Of a DNA stretch of 64,000 bases, positions 19,186 to 28,280 are shown one piece after another. Origin of the DNA: Promethearchaeota archaeon (lineage in GTDB: Archaea > Asgardarchaeota > Lokiarchaeia > Sigyniarchaeales > SOKP01). The stretch is taken from NCBI GenBank assembly GCA_048938025.1, contig JBHLMP010000002.1, positions 62,088-126,087 of the forward strand. The letters are read 5' to 3'. Numbering within the stretch: the first letter of the stretch is position 1; every line of letters starts with the position of its first letter. Position numbers and translations under genes: made by a program. The notes beneath the pieces are model-generated. The model was given only the letters and a program-made list of their open reading frames with translations. It had not been told where the DNA came from and did not search any database.

Positions 19186-19540
19186 TTTTTTATCAACTCA
19201 TTTTTTTTTTTTATAAATTTTTTTTTTTGGTTCAAAATATCTATTTACTTACACAAAAAGTTGAAATATTTTGAACACATTGAAAGAGTCATAACTTTTT
19301 TGAATGTACATTACAATCAACTAGAATTACGACATTTTCAATTGATTTTTATAATTGATACCTTCTTATTTAAAATTTTCTTTTTTGTCATGTAAGTAGT
19401 AGGAAAAAAGAGAAATGGGATAGAAATCCCATATCTGATTTTAAAAGAGAGAGAAGTAAGAAGAACTTATTAAAAAGAAGAGATTTAGGTGAGATCTATA
19501 AATCTTAAAAATTTAATTATTTGTATTATTTAAACACTTA

Positions 19541-20980
19541 ATGACTAAGCAAGATCAAACTACCTTAAATATTAAGGATATAACATTTATAAACAAAATT
19601 AAATCCATTGCTGTAATTGGTCCATCGAAAAAGAGAGACTACTTTTTTTTAAGAAACCATGCTGAAAATTTTAAGGGAAATATATATGCAGTACATCCTA
19701 CAATAAAACAAATTCCTGATTTTCCCCGTGAAAAGATATTTCCTTCATTAATGGCTATCCCTGATGAGATTGATTTTGCGTTTATAACTGTTCCTCCATC
19801 TCAAATTCTAAATGTTATGGATGATTGCGTTGAAAAAGGAGTAAAGTTAGTTACTGTGTTTACTTCTGAGTTTTCTGATGCTGGAACAGAAGAAGGTCTT
19901 AAATTAGAAAAGGAATTAATAAATAGAGCAAATAACAAACTAAGAATTTTAGGACCAAATGGAATGGGTTTATTTTATCCAAAAATAGGACTTGCTTGGC
20001 GCCCAAAATTTCCAAATATTGCCGGTAATATTGGATTTATCGCACAATCTGGTGGGATATGTAATATTGCGGTTTATTCTGCTTGGGAACTAGGTCTTCA
20101 TTTTTCAAAGGTATTTTCCTTTGGAAATGGTGCAGATTTGGATTTTGTAGATTTATTATATTTTCTGAGTAATGATCCTGAGACAGATATTATCTTATGC
20201 TATGTAGAAGGAATAAAAGAAGGAAGAAGTAATGATTTACAAAAAGTATTAGCACAAAACAAAAAGCCTATGGTAATTTTAAAGGGAGGTCAAACAAGAA
20301 CAGGTTCAATTGCAGCAAAGACACATACAGCTTCAATTTCAGGTGATAAACGTCTATGGGAAGCTCTTTTTAGGCAATACAATTTAATTGAGGTAGATAC
20401 TTTAGAGGAATTACTATTTGTAGCACAATTAATAGATTGTTATGGAATTTTTGAAATGACTAACGTAGCAGTATTTAGCATTAGTGGAGGATATGGAGTT
20501 ATTTTAGTTGATTTGATTGAAAAAGAGGGAATGAATGTCCCTCCTTTTAGCCCTGATATTCAATCACAATTAAAAGAAAAGTTCTTTTTGCCGGGGACTA
20601 GTTCTAATAATCCATTAGATATGGCAGCACAATTCTTCTTTAGTAAAACAGTGTATGAAATTATAGATCTTGCTTTATCTGATGAAAAGATAAATGGATT
20701 GATTATGGATTTACCAAGTTTCTATTTTTCTCGGCATTTTCGTGTAAAGACCGATCTTGCATTTGAAAATGAGATGATTGAAAGTTTGTGTTTAGGTCAT
20801 AAACATAAAAAGCCACTAATTCCGATTATTCAACATGTTAATTGCCCCGATGAGAGAGCAAGAGCTTTAAAGAAATTAATTGAAAGAAAAGTTCCAGTTT
20901 TTGCTAATCCTCTTGAAGTAATTCCGTTATTATCCAAAATTGCTAAATATAAAAGAAATTTGCAACTAAATCCTTTTTAA
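19541..20980 (+). CDS. acdA: ADP-forming acyl-CoA synthetase (acetate-CoA ligase) alpha subunit
   Basis: CoA-binding SIAVIG, RILGPNGMG, AQSGG, GNGADL, phospho-His KTHTASISG, SGGYG, NPLD. Confidence 0.85.
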   Translation: MTKQDQTTLNIKDITFINKIKSIAVIGPSKKRDYFFLRNHAENFKGNIYAVHPTIKQIPDFPREKIFPSLMAIPDEIDFAFITVPPSQILNVMDDCVEKGVKLVTVFTSEFSDAGTEEGLKLEKELINRANNKLRILGPNGMGLFYPKIGLAWRPKFPNIAGNIGFIAQSGGICNIAVYSAWELGLHFSKVFSFGNGADLDFVDLLYFLSNDPETDIILCYVEGIKEGRSNDLQKVLAQNKKPMVILKGGQTRTGSIAAKTHTASISGDKRLWEALFRQYNLIEVDTLEELLFVAQLIDCYGIFEMTNVAVFSISGGYGVILVDLIEKEGMNVPPFSPDIQSQLKEKFFLPGTSSNNPLDMAAQFFFSKTVYEIIDLALSDEKINGLIMDLPSFYFSRHFRVKTDLAFENEMIESLCLGHKHKKPLIPIIQHVNCPDERARALKKLIERKVPVFANPLEVIPLLSKIAKYKRNLQLNPF

Positions 20981-21018
20981 AAGATCCCCTTATTGAACTA
21001 AAAGCAAGAAATAAATAT

Positions 21019-23370
21019 CTACTTTAAAGCTATTTTACTTACTTGCGAGACTAACTCGGCAAATTTTTTTCCTTCTGCGGCAGAGATCCATGCAATGACA
21101 AATCTCTCATCAGAAATATTATTTTTCTTCATCCAGCTTCTAATTTTTTTTTCACGTTTTATGGCAAAATCATTTCCAGAAATATAATGACAATCTTGTG
21201 GATGACATCCTGTCAACATAACAGCTCCAGCTCCGCGTTTAAAACAATGTTTAATAAAAGAAATATCTACTCGTCCTGAACACATAGTTCTAACAATTCT
21301 CGTATTAGTTGGATATTGGATTCGACTTGTTCCAGCCAAATCAGCTCCAGCATAGGAACACCAATTACAAGCAAAAATCAATACTTTTTCCGAAGCATTT
21401 TCACGAAGAGCTATATCAATTTGTCTGAGGATCATTGCATCTGTAAAATTTGTCATGGTAATAGCATCTGTAGGGCAATCTGCTGCACATGTTCCACAAC
21501 CTTTACATAACACTGGAATAATTCGTGCAGGTGTTTTTTTTTCTCGATCAACACTAATAGCACCGTAAGGACAACGAGATACACAGGTTCCACAACTAGT
21601 GCACTTAAACGTATCCACAAATGCATATAAAGGCTCTACATGGAATTCTTCTTCTGAAAGTAAATTCCCACAGCGCCCTGCTGCAGCACTAGCTTGTGTA
21701 ACAGTTTCCCTAATATCCTTTGGTGATTCTGCTCCACCAGCAATGAAAATACCATCAGTTGGGGTATCTACTGGTCGAAGTTTAGGATGTGCTTCTATAT
21801 AAAATCCTTTTGAATCCTTAGCAATAGGAAAGGGAATAGATTCTGATGAACCTTCAACTCCTATAGAAAGGACTACTAAATCAAATTCTTCAGAGAGAAT
21901 TGTTCCAGTGCTTATATTTTCAACATTAACAATAAGATTCTTAGTGATGGGATTTTCTTTAATTTGACCAGGGCGCCCTCGTATAAAAAGAACACTTTCT
22001 TCTCTTGACCGTGAATAAAGTTCCTCAAATCCTTTACCAAAAGCCCTAATATCAATAAAGAATATTGTAACCTCAACATCAGGCCAGTGTTCTTTAATTA
22101 AAAGGCTATCCTTTATACTTTCCATACAACAGAAGTTAGAACAGTATGGATTAAATCGCTTATCACGCGATCCTACACAATTAATAAAAGCAACTTTTTT
22201 TGGCTGCTTAAGATCACTGGGACGTACAAGTTCTCCATTTGTTGGTCCTGCCGCATTAATTAACCTTTCAAATTCAAAGGTTGTTATAACGTTGGAATAA
22301 TGACCCCATCCATATTCTGGGAGTTTAGAGGCATCAAAAAGTTCAAAACCTACTGCGATGATAATGGCTCCAACTTTATAATTAAAAGTTTTTTCGGAAT
22401 CCTCATAATTTATGGCTTCTTTTTCACATTCAGGAACACATTTTCCACAGGCTAAAGGAGAGAGACCTAAACAGCTCTTTTCATCAATAATATAACAAGC
22501 TGGTACTGCTTGTGGATATGGGATATATATTGCTTTCCTCCAACCTAAGTTGCCAGAATATTCATCAACAACATTTTCAGGGCAGATTGAGACACAATCC
22601 CCGCATGCGGTACAGAGGTTTTCATCTACATAGCGAGGGTATTTTTTAATTGTGACCTCAAAATTACCAATGTATCCAGATATATTTATAACTTCAGCAC
22701 AGGAAATTAAATTAATATTTTCATGATTACCTACATCAGCCATTTTGGGACCTAAAATACAGATCGAACAATCCATTGTTGGAAATGTTTTATCGATGAG
22801 AGCCATCCTTCCTCCAATAGTAGGTGCTTTTTCAACAAGAATAACTTCAAATTCATCAGCTAAATCTAACGCAGCTTGAATTCCTGCTACTCCTCCTCCA
22901 ATGATTAAGACTCTTCGTGTAATGGGAACTATGATATCATCAATTGCTTCTAATAACTCAGCTTTTGCGATAGCCATTTCAAGAATTTCTTTAGCTTTTT
23001 TAGTCGCTTCTTCTTTCTCTGAAAGATGTACCCAGCTACATTGTTCTCGGATATTAGCTACTTCTACAAGCGAAGGATTTATTCCAACTCGGTTTAGAAG
23101 TTTTTTCCATGTTGGACCATGTAATCTCGGGGAACATGCTGCTACAACTATCTTCTCTATACCTTGCTCGTTAATTGCTGTTTCGATTTCTACTTGCCCA
23201 GGATCAGAACAAGTATATGTATTAACTTGAACAAGTTTGACTCTTGTATCTTCTTCAATTTCTTTAGCTAATTGATCAATATCAACAGTTCCACCAATAT
23301 TTTTACCGCATTTACATAGGAAAACCCCAATGTTTGGTTCACTTTCAGGTTTGTCATCACTTTCAGTCAT
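21019..23370 (-). CDS. hdrA: Heterodisulfide reductase subunit A fused to MvhD
   Basis: GVFLCKCG.NIGG, NIREQCSWVH, GGGVAG FAD motif, CVGSRD...YCS.FCC, ferredoxin domains, C-terminal MvhD (FACNWCSY, MCSGRV, GCH..DCHY). ATG at 23370; an alternative GTG lies at 23382. Confidence 0.93.
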   Translation of the reverse strand: MTESDDKPESEPNIGVFLCKCGKNIGGTVDIDQLAKEIEEDTRVKLVQVNTYTCSDPGQVEIETAINEQGIEKIVVAACSPRLHGPTWKKLLNRVGINPSLVEVANIREQCSWVHLSEKEEATKKAKEILEMAIAKAELLEAIDDIIVPITRRVLIIGGGVAGIQAALDLADEFEVILVEKAPTIGGRMALIDKTFPTMDCSICILGPKMADVGNHENINLISCAEVINISGYIGNFEVTIKKYPRYVDENLCTACGDCVSICPENVVDEYSGNLGWRKAIYIPYPQAVPACYIIDEKSCLGLSPLACGKCVPECEKEAINYEDSEKTFNYKVGAIIIAVGFELFDASKLPEYGWGHYSNVITTFEFERLINAAGPTNGELVRPSDLKQPKKVAFINCVGSRDKRFNPYCSNFCCMESIKDSLLIKEHWPDVEVTIFFIDIRAFGKGFEELYSRSREESVLFIRGRPGQIKENPITKNLIVNVENISTGTILSEEFDLVVLSIGVEGSSESIPFPIAKDSKGFYIEAHPKLRPVDTPTDGIFIAGGAESPKDIRETVTQASAAAGRCGNLLSEEEFHVEPLYAFVDTFKCTSCGTCVSRCPYGAISVDREKKTPARIIPVLCKGCGTCAADCPTDAITMTNFTDAMILRQIDIALRENASEKVLIFACNWCSYAGADLAGTSRIQYPTNTRIVRTMCSGRVDISFIKHCFKRGAGAVMLTGCHPQDCHYISGNDFAIKREKKIRSWMKKNNISDERFVIAWISAAEGKKFAELVSQVSKIALK

Positions 23371-23374
23371 ATAT

Positions 23375-24259
23375 TCAATCACTATCTTTAATTAATTTAC
23401 CAATTTTCTTATTTTGCGCTTTAATTCGAAGTTGCTCTATGTTTTTGCTAAATCCTTCTCGCTCCTCTTCAACAAATTCCCCACATATAATAATTCCTTT
23501 CTTGAAATCAAAAGTTGCTTGATGAGGGGGCCAATCAACTTTAATCCTAATTTGCTTTTTTAACCATTCTAGCATCTCTACAGCATCGCCTAATCTATTT
23601 TTTGACCCATATTGGACAAAACAAGGAGCTAGTACTTCTATAAAACTGAATCCTTGATTGTCTATGCATTTAAAAATACTTTTTTGTAATCTAAGGGTGT
23701 CGTATCCAGGCCATCTAGCGACATATGTAGCTCCTGCAGCTGCTGCTAGACTTACCAAATTGAAGGGAGGTTCCACATTCCCATATGGTGTTGTTGAAGT
23801 GATGTCGCCAATCTGACTTGTAGGGGCCACTTGTCCTCCAGTCATGCCATATATATTGTTATTTATACAGAGAACAGTTATCTCTACATTTCTTCTAGCA
23901 GCATGGATAAAATGATTCCCTCCTATTGCAAAGAGATCTCCATCTCCCGACAAAACAATAACCTTTAATTTAGGATTTGCTAATTTTATACCCGTCGCAA
24001 AGGGTATAGCTCTCCCATGTGTAGTATGGAAAGCAGGTGCTTTAAAACAGCCACTAGATCGACCTGTACATCCTATGCCGGATACAATAGCATAATCTTT
24101 AGATGTGAGGCCTCTTTCTTTTAGACAGCTTGTAATTGATGTAATTACTGTTCCAATTAAACAGCCAGGACAAAAAATGAAACGATGTAAATTTAACATA
24201 TCAATTAAGGGATGACCAAGTGCTTCAGTAGGGATTGATATTTGATCTGATGGACTCAT
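23375..24259 (-). CDS. korB: 2-oxoacid:ferredoxin oxidoreductase beta subunit
   Basis: CPGC, SGIGC, HGRA, GDGD, NNNIYGMTGGQ in canonical order. Confidence 0.92.
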   Translation of the reverse strand: MSPSDQISIPTEALGHPLIDMLNLHRFIFCPGCLIGTVITSITSCLKERGLTSKDYAIVSGIGCTGRSSGCFKAPAFHTTHGRAIPFATGIKLANPKLKVIVLSGDGDLFAIGGNHFIHAARRNVEITVLCINNNIYGMTGGQVAPTSQIGDITSTTPYGNVEPPFNLVSLAAAAGATYVARWPGYDTLRLQKSIFKCIDNQGFSFIEVLAPCFVQYGSKNRLGDAVEMLEWLKKQIRIKVDWPPHQATFDFKKGIIICGEFVEEEREGFSKNIEQLRIKAQNKKIGKLIKDSD

Positions 24260-24262
24260 ATT

Positions 24263-25408
24263 TTAAACCTCCTTCATCAATTTCTCATAAATAAATTTAG
24301 GACTAAAAGGTATGGTAGTAGGAATTGTAATACCAGAAACCGTAAACAAATGCCGAAATCTCTGGACTTCTCTAATTATCATCCCATTGTTCATTTCACA
24401 AACAATAACCTTTGAAGCCCCCATTTGCCCAATTCTTTCCATTAATTCATCAGGAAAGGGCCATAGACTTTTTAATCGTACTAGTCCTACCTTATATCCT
24501 TTTTGGCGTGCTTGCTCAACGACTTCTGGTACCCCTCTTGCATTAATTCCATAAGCTAAGATAACGATATTAGCATCATCTAAATGCTTTTCCTCCCAAT
24601 CATTAATTTGAGGTCTTGCTTTCCTAATTTTTTCACAAAGCCGCTTAATGAGAACTTCTGCCGCCTCCGGCGTCATTTCTGGATTACCCTCTATATCATG
24701 AGTTAAACCTGTGACATAAAAAGAATAGTTGGTTCCTGCAATTGCCATTCCAGGTACAAGATCATCATCAAAAGCTTCAAAAGGTTTATATTTCTCAGGT
24801 GGAACTTGGGGTTTCTTACGCTCTACCAATTCAATATTTGAATGTATATTAACAACTTCCATCATTTGTCCTAAAATTCCGTCTGAAGCGACAACTACCG
24901 GTATACGATATTTCTCAGATAAATTAAATGCACGTATGGTTAAATCGTACATTTCTTGAACTGTAGATGGAGCTAAAACAATTATTTCATAATCTCCATG
25001 AGAAGCATATCTCGTTTGATATATATCAGACTGAGATGCATTTGTAGGTTGTCCTGTACTAGGACCTCCTCTCATTATGGTGACGATAACTGCTGGTGCT
25101 TCTAACATCACGCCCAAACCTATACTTTCAGCCATAAGTGAAAAACCTGGTCCTGAAGTTGCTGTCATAGCTTTCATTCCAGCATAAGAAGCTCCAAAAC
25201 AGCTTGTGATTGAAGCCAACTCATCTTCCATTTGAACAAATGTTCCATTAACTTGAGGAAGACGTCTTGACATATAAGCAGCAATTTCTGAGGATGGTGT
25301 GATAGGATACCCCGCAAAATATAAACATCCTGCGGTAATCGCACCTTCTGCACATGCATAATTTCCAGTAGTTAATATTCTCTTTTCTTGGAAGCTTGTC
25401 TTACTCAT
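24263..25408 (-). CDS. korA: 2-oxoacid:ferredoxin oxidoreductase alpha subunit
   Basis: GN.A.AEGA, AGYPITPSSE, QMEDE, TATSGPG, RGGPSTG, EMN.G. Confidence 0.92.
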   Translation of the reverse strand: MSKTSFQEKRILTTGNYACAEGAITAGCLYFAGYPITPSSEIAAYMSRRLPQVNGTFVQMEDELASITSCFGASYAGMKAMTATSGPGFSLMAESIGLGVMLEAPAVIVTIMRGGPSTGQPTNASQSDIYQTRYASHGDYEIIVLAPSTVQEMYDLTIRAFNLSEKYRIPVVVASDGILGQMMEVVNIHSNIELVERKKPQVPPEKYKPFEAFDDDLVPGMAIAGTNYSFYVTGLTHDIEGNPEMTPEAAEVLIKRLCEKIRKARPQINDWEEKHLDDANIVILAYGINARGVPEVVEQARQKGYKVGLVRLKSLWPFPDELMERIGQMGASKVIVCEMNNGMIIREVQRFRHLFTVSGITIPTTIPFSPKFIYEKLMKEV

Positions 25409-25688
25409 TGTTTATAACCTCCTTAATTTCTGTTTCCAAAATATATAATGAAACTGTAGGACATAACCGTTCACATTGTCTACATCCTGCACACTCTTCA
25501 GATTTAACCACGATTGCATAGTGGAGCATGCGACTATTGAACTTATCTTCACTTATTTCGATTATATCTTTTGGACAAAATGTCAAACATAATTCGCAAC
25601 CATCGCATTGTTCAGAATCTATTAATATTTCATATTTTTTCTCAGGGGAAGGAGGTGGTAAAATGGGAGTTCGTTTAGACTTTAACAT
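25401..25688 (-). CDS. korD: 2x[4Fe-4S] ferredoxin, oxidoreductase delta subunit
   Basis: CDGCELCLTFCP and CAGCRQCERLCP. Overlaps the korA start. Confidence 0.88.
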   Translation of the reverse strand: MLKSKRTPILPPPSPEKKYEILIDSEQCDGCELCLTFCPKDIIEISEDKFNSRMLHYAIVVKSEECAGCRQCERLCPTVSLYILETEIKEVINNE

Positions 25689-25878
25689 TTTTTAATCCTC
25701 TAGTATACATACACTTCTGACTATATTTTTTTCTCTTATGCTTTAAAATAATAGTTACTCTTTTAAATTTGCTTTTTCATAGTATAAGTAATTCATTAAA
25801 TAGCGCTTTCTTTTATGAAATTACCTTGACGAGAAATAAAAAGTTAAATCTAATAAGGTTTTATTAAAGAAATACAAT

Positions 25879-26451
25879 TTATTGGGATTTATTTACATAT
25901 TCCTTATAGAGAGCTTGGCCAAGTTGATAACTTTGAATATTGATGGCTCTAAACCGTTCTGGCATACTATTTAAAACTTGGTCATAATACTTTTCTTTTA
26001 AATCAATTTTTCCATTCTCTTTAAGATATTGAGAGAGGAATCCTAAACAAAGAATATTCGCGCTCTTAGGCATTTTATTTTCATCAGCTCGTCTTGTAAT
26101 TGGAACACGGTGGATTTTACCTTTCTGGATGATTTCTTCGGCATTAGCAATTGTATGTTCATCGATAAAGGAGACTGTTTTTTCATATATACATTCAGAG
26201 GCGCGTTCGAATCCTTTTTGATCTATGGCAATAAATATGTCTGCATCTTTATCGCAGAATGGGTATGATATGGGAGCAGAGTCTAGAATAACATCACAAA
26301 AAATAGGACCACCTCTAACTGAAGGTGTATAGTCAACTGTGAGTGTCACATAATAATTAGCAGCCATTGCAACTCGAACTAATACACTTCCTAAAAATTT
26401 GATACCTTGGCCTCCTCTACCAGAAAATCTTATTTTTAATTTTTCATTCAT
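25879..26451 (-). CDS. korC: 2-oxoacid:ferredoxin oxidoreductase gamma subunit
   Basis: IRFSGRGGQG, Y.PSVRGG, ANILCLG. Confidence 0.88.
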   Translation of the reverse strand: MNEKLKIRFSGRGGQGIKFLGSVLVRVAMAANYYVTLTVDYTPSVRGGPIFCDVILDSAPISYPFCDKDADIFIAIDQKGFERASECIYEKTVSFIDEHTIANAEEIIQKGKIHRVPITRRADENKMPKSANILCLGFLSQYLKENGKIDLKEKYYDQVLNSMPERFRAINIQSYQLGQALYKEYVNKSQ

Positions 26452-26700
26452 AGAGAATATAAAAATATTTGCTACCTATTATTTTAATTTAGTTTATCAT
26501 ATTTTTAAAATATTATAATAAAGAGAAAATGAAATTCAATAATATTTAAAACAATTACTAATTTTCACCAACCTTAGGATGATTCTAATATCTTAAAAAT
26601 AATTTATTTATATGTATTTATCATTCACATATTAGATAAAGAATTGATTAAAATTTTAGTCTTTTAGAATTTATTTATAATCAAATAGGTAAATAACATA

Positions 26701-27894
26701 ATGAAATTTATTGTATTTTTTGAGTTTCAACTAGATAGGCTAGAAGAACTTCTTGAAATTTGGTCAAGAGAGAATCAAACTGAAAATAATTTAGAAATCC
26801 TCTATCCTTTTCAAATTTTAGCCGAAACTTATAAGGGAATCACTGGTTTTGTAATATTCAAGTCTGAGAACATATTTAGTCCCAAAATTAGAAAATATCT
26901 ATTAAAATACACTCATGAAGGTGTAACCATAAAACTTATCCCTATCTGGGAAAACACCAAAATCAAAAAAGAACTTAAGATCTTTAGGGAAGCGAAACAA
27001 AAAGCAGAACAGCAATGGGATAGATCTAAATACCAAAAGATTAAGAATCTTGGATCTACAAAAACTGTTGAAATTCTTCCACTTATAGATTGGCATTCAA
27101 ATCGAGAGGATTTGAAGGTTGAACTTGGAGTTTCTTATCTAATTAAAACTGATGAAGATTCAATTCTGTTTGATGTTGGATTAAATTCAGTTCAAAGAGA
27201 TCCATCACCATTACTAATTAATATGAACCAATTGGGAATCTCGATAGAGGATTTTAATATCATTGTTATTTCTCATAACCATAGAGATCATGTTGGTGGA
27301 GGTAAATGGGTTAAAAATAAGACGTTTTCACTCACTGCTAATCAAATAGATCTTAGTGATAAGAAGGTGTATACTCCAATTCCAATGACGTATCCTGGAT
27401 TGAACCCTGTTTGCTCAGATGAACCAATGATCCTTGCCAAAGGAGTTGCAACTATAGGAACAATATCCAATTCCTTGTTTTTATTTGGTCTAGAAAAAGA
27501 ACAAGCATTAGCTATAAATGTTGAAGGAAAGGGGATAGTAATAGTAGTAGGATGTGGTCATCAAACACTACCCAAAATAATTGAACGAACTGAAGCGTTA
27601 TTTGATGAACCTATTTATGGTCTTATAGGTGGACTTCATTATCCAGTCAACGGTGGACCTATCGGGATAATGGGATGGTTTCCTCACAAGATGTTAGGAA
27701 CTGGGAAACTCCCATGGAACCCAATCACAAAAGAAGAATTACAAGAAAATATTGAATTTTTAAAGAAGAGAAATCCTAAGATAGTTGCCCTTTCTGCTCA
27801 TGATAGCAGTGAAGTAAGTTTAAAAGCATTCCATAATGCATTTCCAAACGCTATTAGAGATATCAATGTAGGAGAGAGAATAATCATTAAGTAG
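26701..27894 (+). CDS. MBL-fold metallohydrolase with an N-terminal small alpha/beta (DUF3303-like) domain
   Basis: LFDVG, SHNHRDHVGG, GCGH, GGLH, plus an N-terminal extra domain of about 100 aa. Confidence 0.75.
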   Translation: MKFIVFFEFQLDRLEELLEIWSRENQTENNLEILYPFQILAETYKGITGFVIFKSENIFSPKIRKYLLKYTHEGVTIKLIPIWENTKIKKELKIFREAKQKAEQQWDRSKYQKIKNLGSTKTVEILPLIDWHSNREDLKVELGVSYLIKTDEDSILFDVGLNSVQRDPSPLLINMNQLGISIEDFNIIVISHNHRDHVGGGKWVKNKTFSLTANQIDLSDKKVYTPIPMTYPGLNPVCSDEPMILAKGVATIGTISNSLFLFGLEKEQALAINVEGKGIVIVVGCGHQTLPKIIERTEALFDEPIYGLIGGLHYPVNGGPIGIMGWFPHKMLGTGKLPWNPITKEELQENIEFLKKRNPKIVALSAHDSSEVSLKAFHNAFPNAIRDINVGERIIIK

Positions 27895-28240
27895 GTTCAA
27901 ATACATAAGCATTTACTTCCTTTCCATCTAAATTTTCACAAATTTTTCTATATACAGGCTTTAATTTCATACCAACTTCTAAATTATCCTGAGTGGTAAT
28001 TTGGCCCATTGCTTTTATTCCATTTTCAAATTCTACAACTCCAATTGCATAAGATGGTTTATCTCGAAATTCTATTGGAGGTGCAGTTAAAATAGTAAAT
28101 GTAATTAATGTGCATTCTCCTGAAGCTTCTATTAATGTAAATTTATCATTCTTACATTTTAAACATCTCAAATGAGCCTTATGCTGTAAAAATCCACAAT
28201 TATTACACTTTTTCCATCTAATTTTAATTTCACCAGTCAT
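27887..28240 (-). CDS. DUF35 Zn-ribbon/OB-fold protein
   Basis: CNNCG...CLKC zinc ribbon followed by an OB-fold (YAIGVVEFENG...VGMKLKPV). Confidence 0.88.
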   Translation of the reverse strand: MTGEIKIRWKKCNNCGFLQHKAHLRCLKCKNDKFTLIEASGECTLITFTILTAPPIEFRDKPSYAIGVVEFENGIKAMGQITTQDNLEVGMKLKPVYRKICENLDGKEVNAYVFEPT

Positions 28241-28280
28241 AAATCTCTTATTGGTTCAAACTTAATCCTTAAAATAAGTT

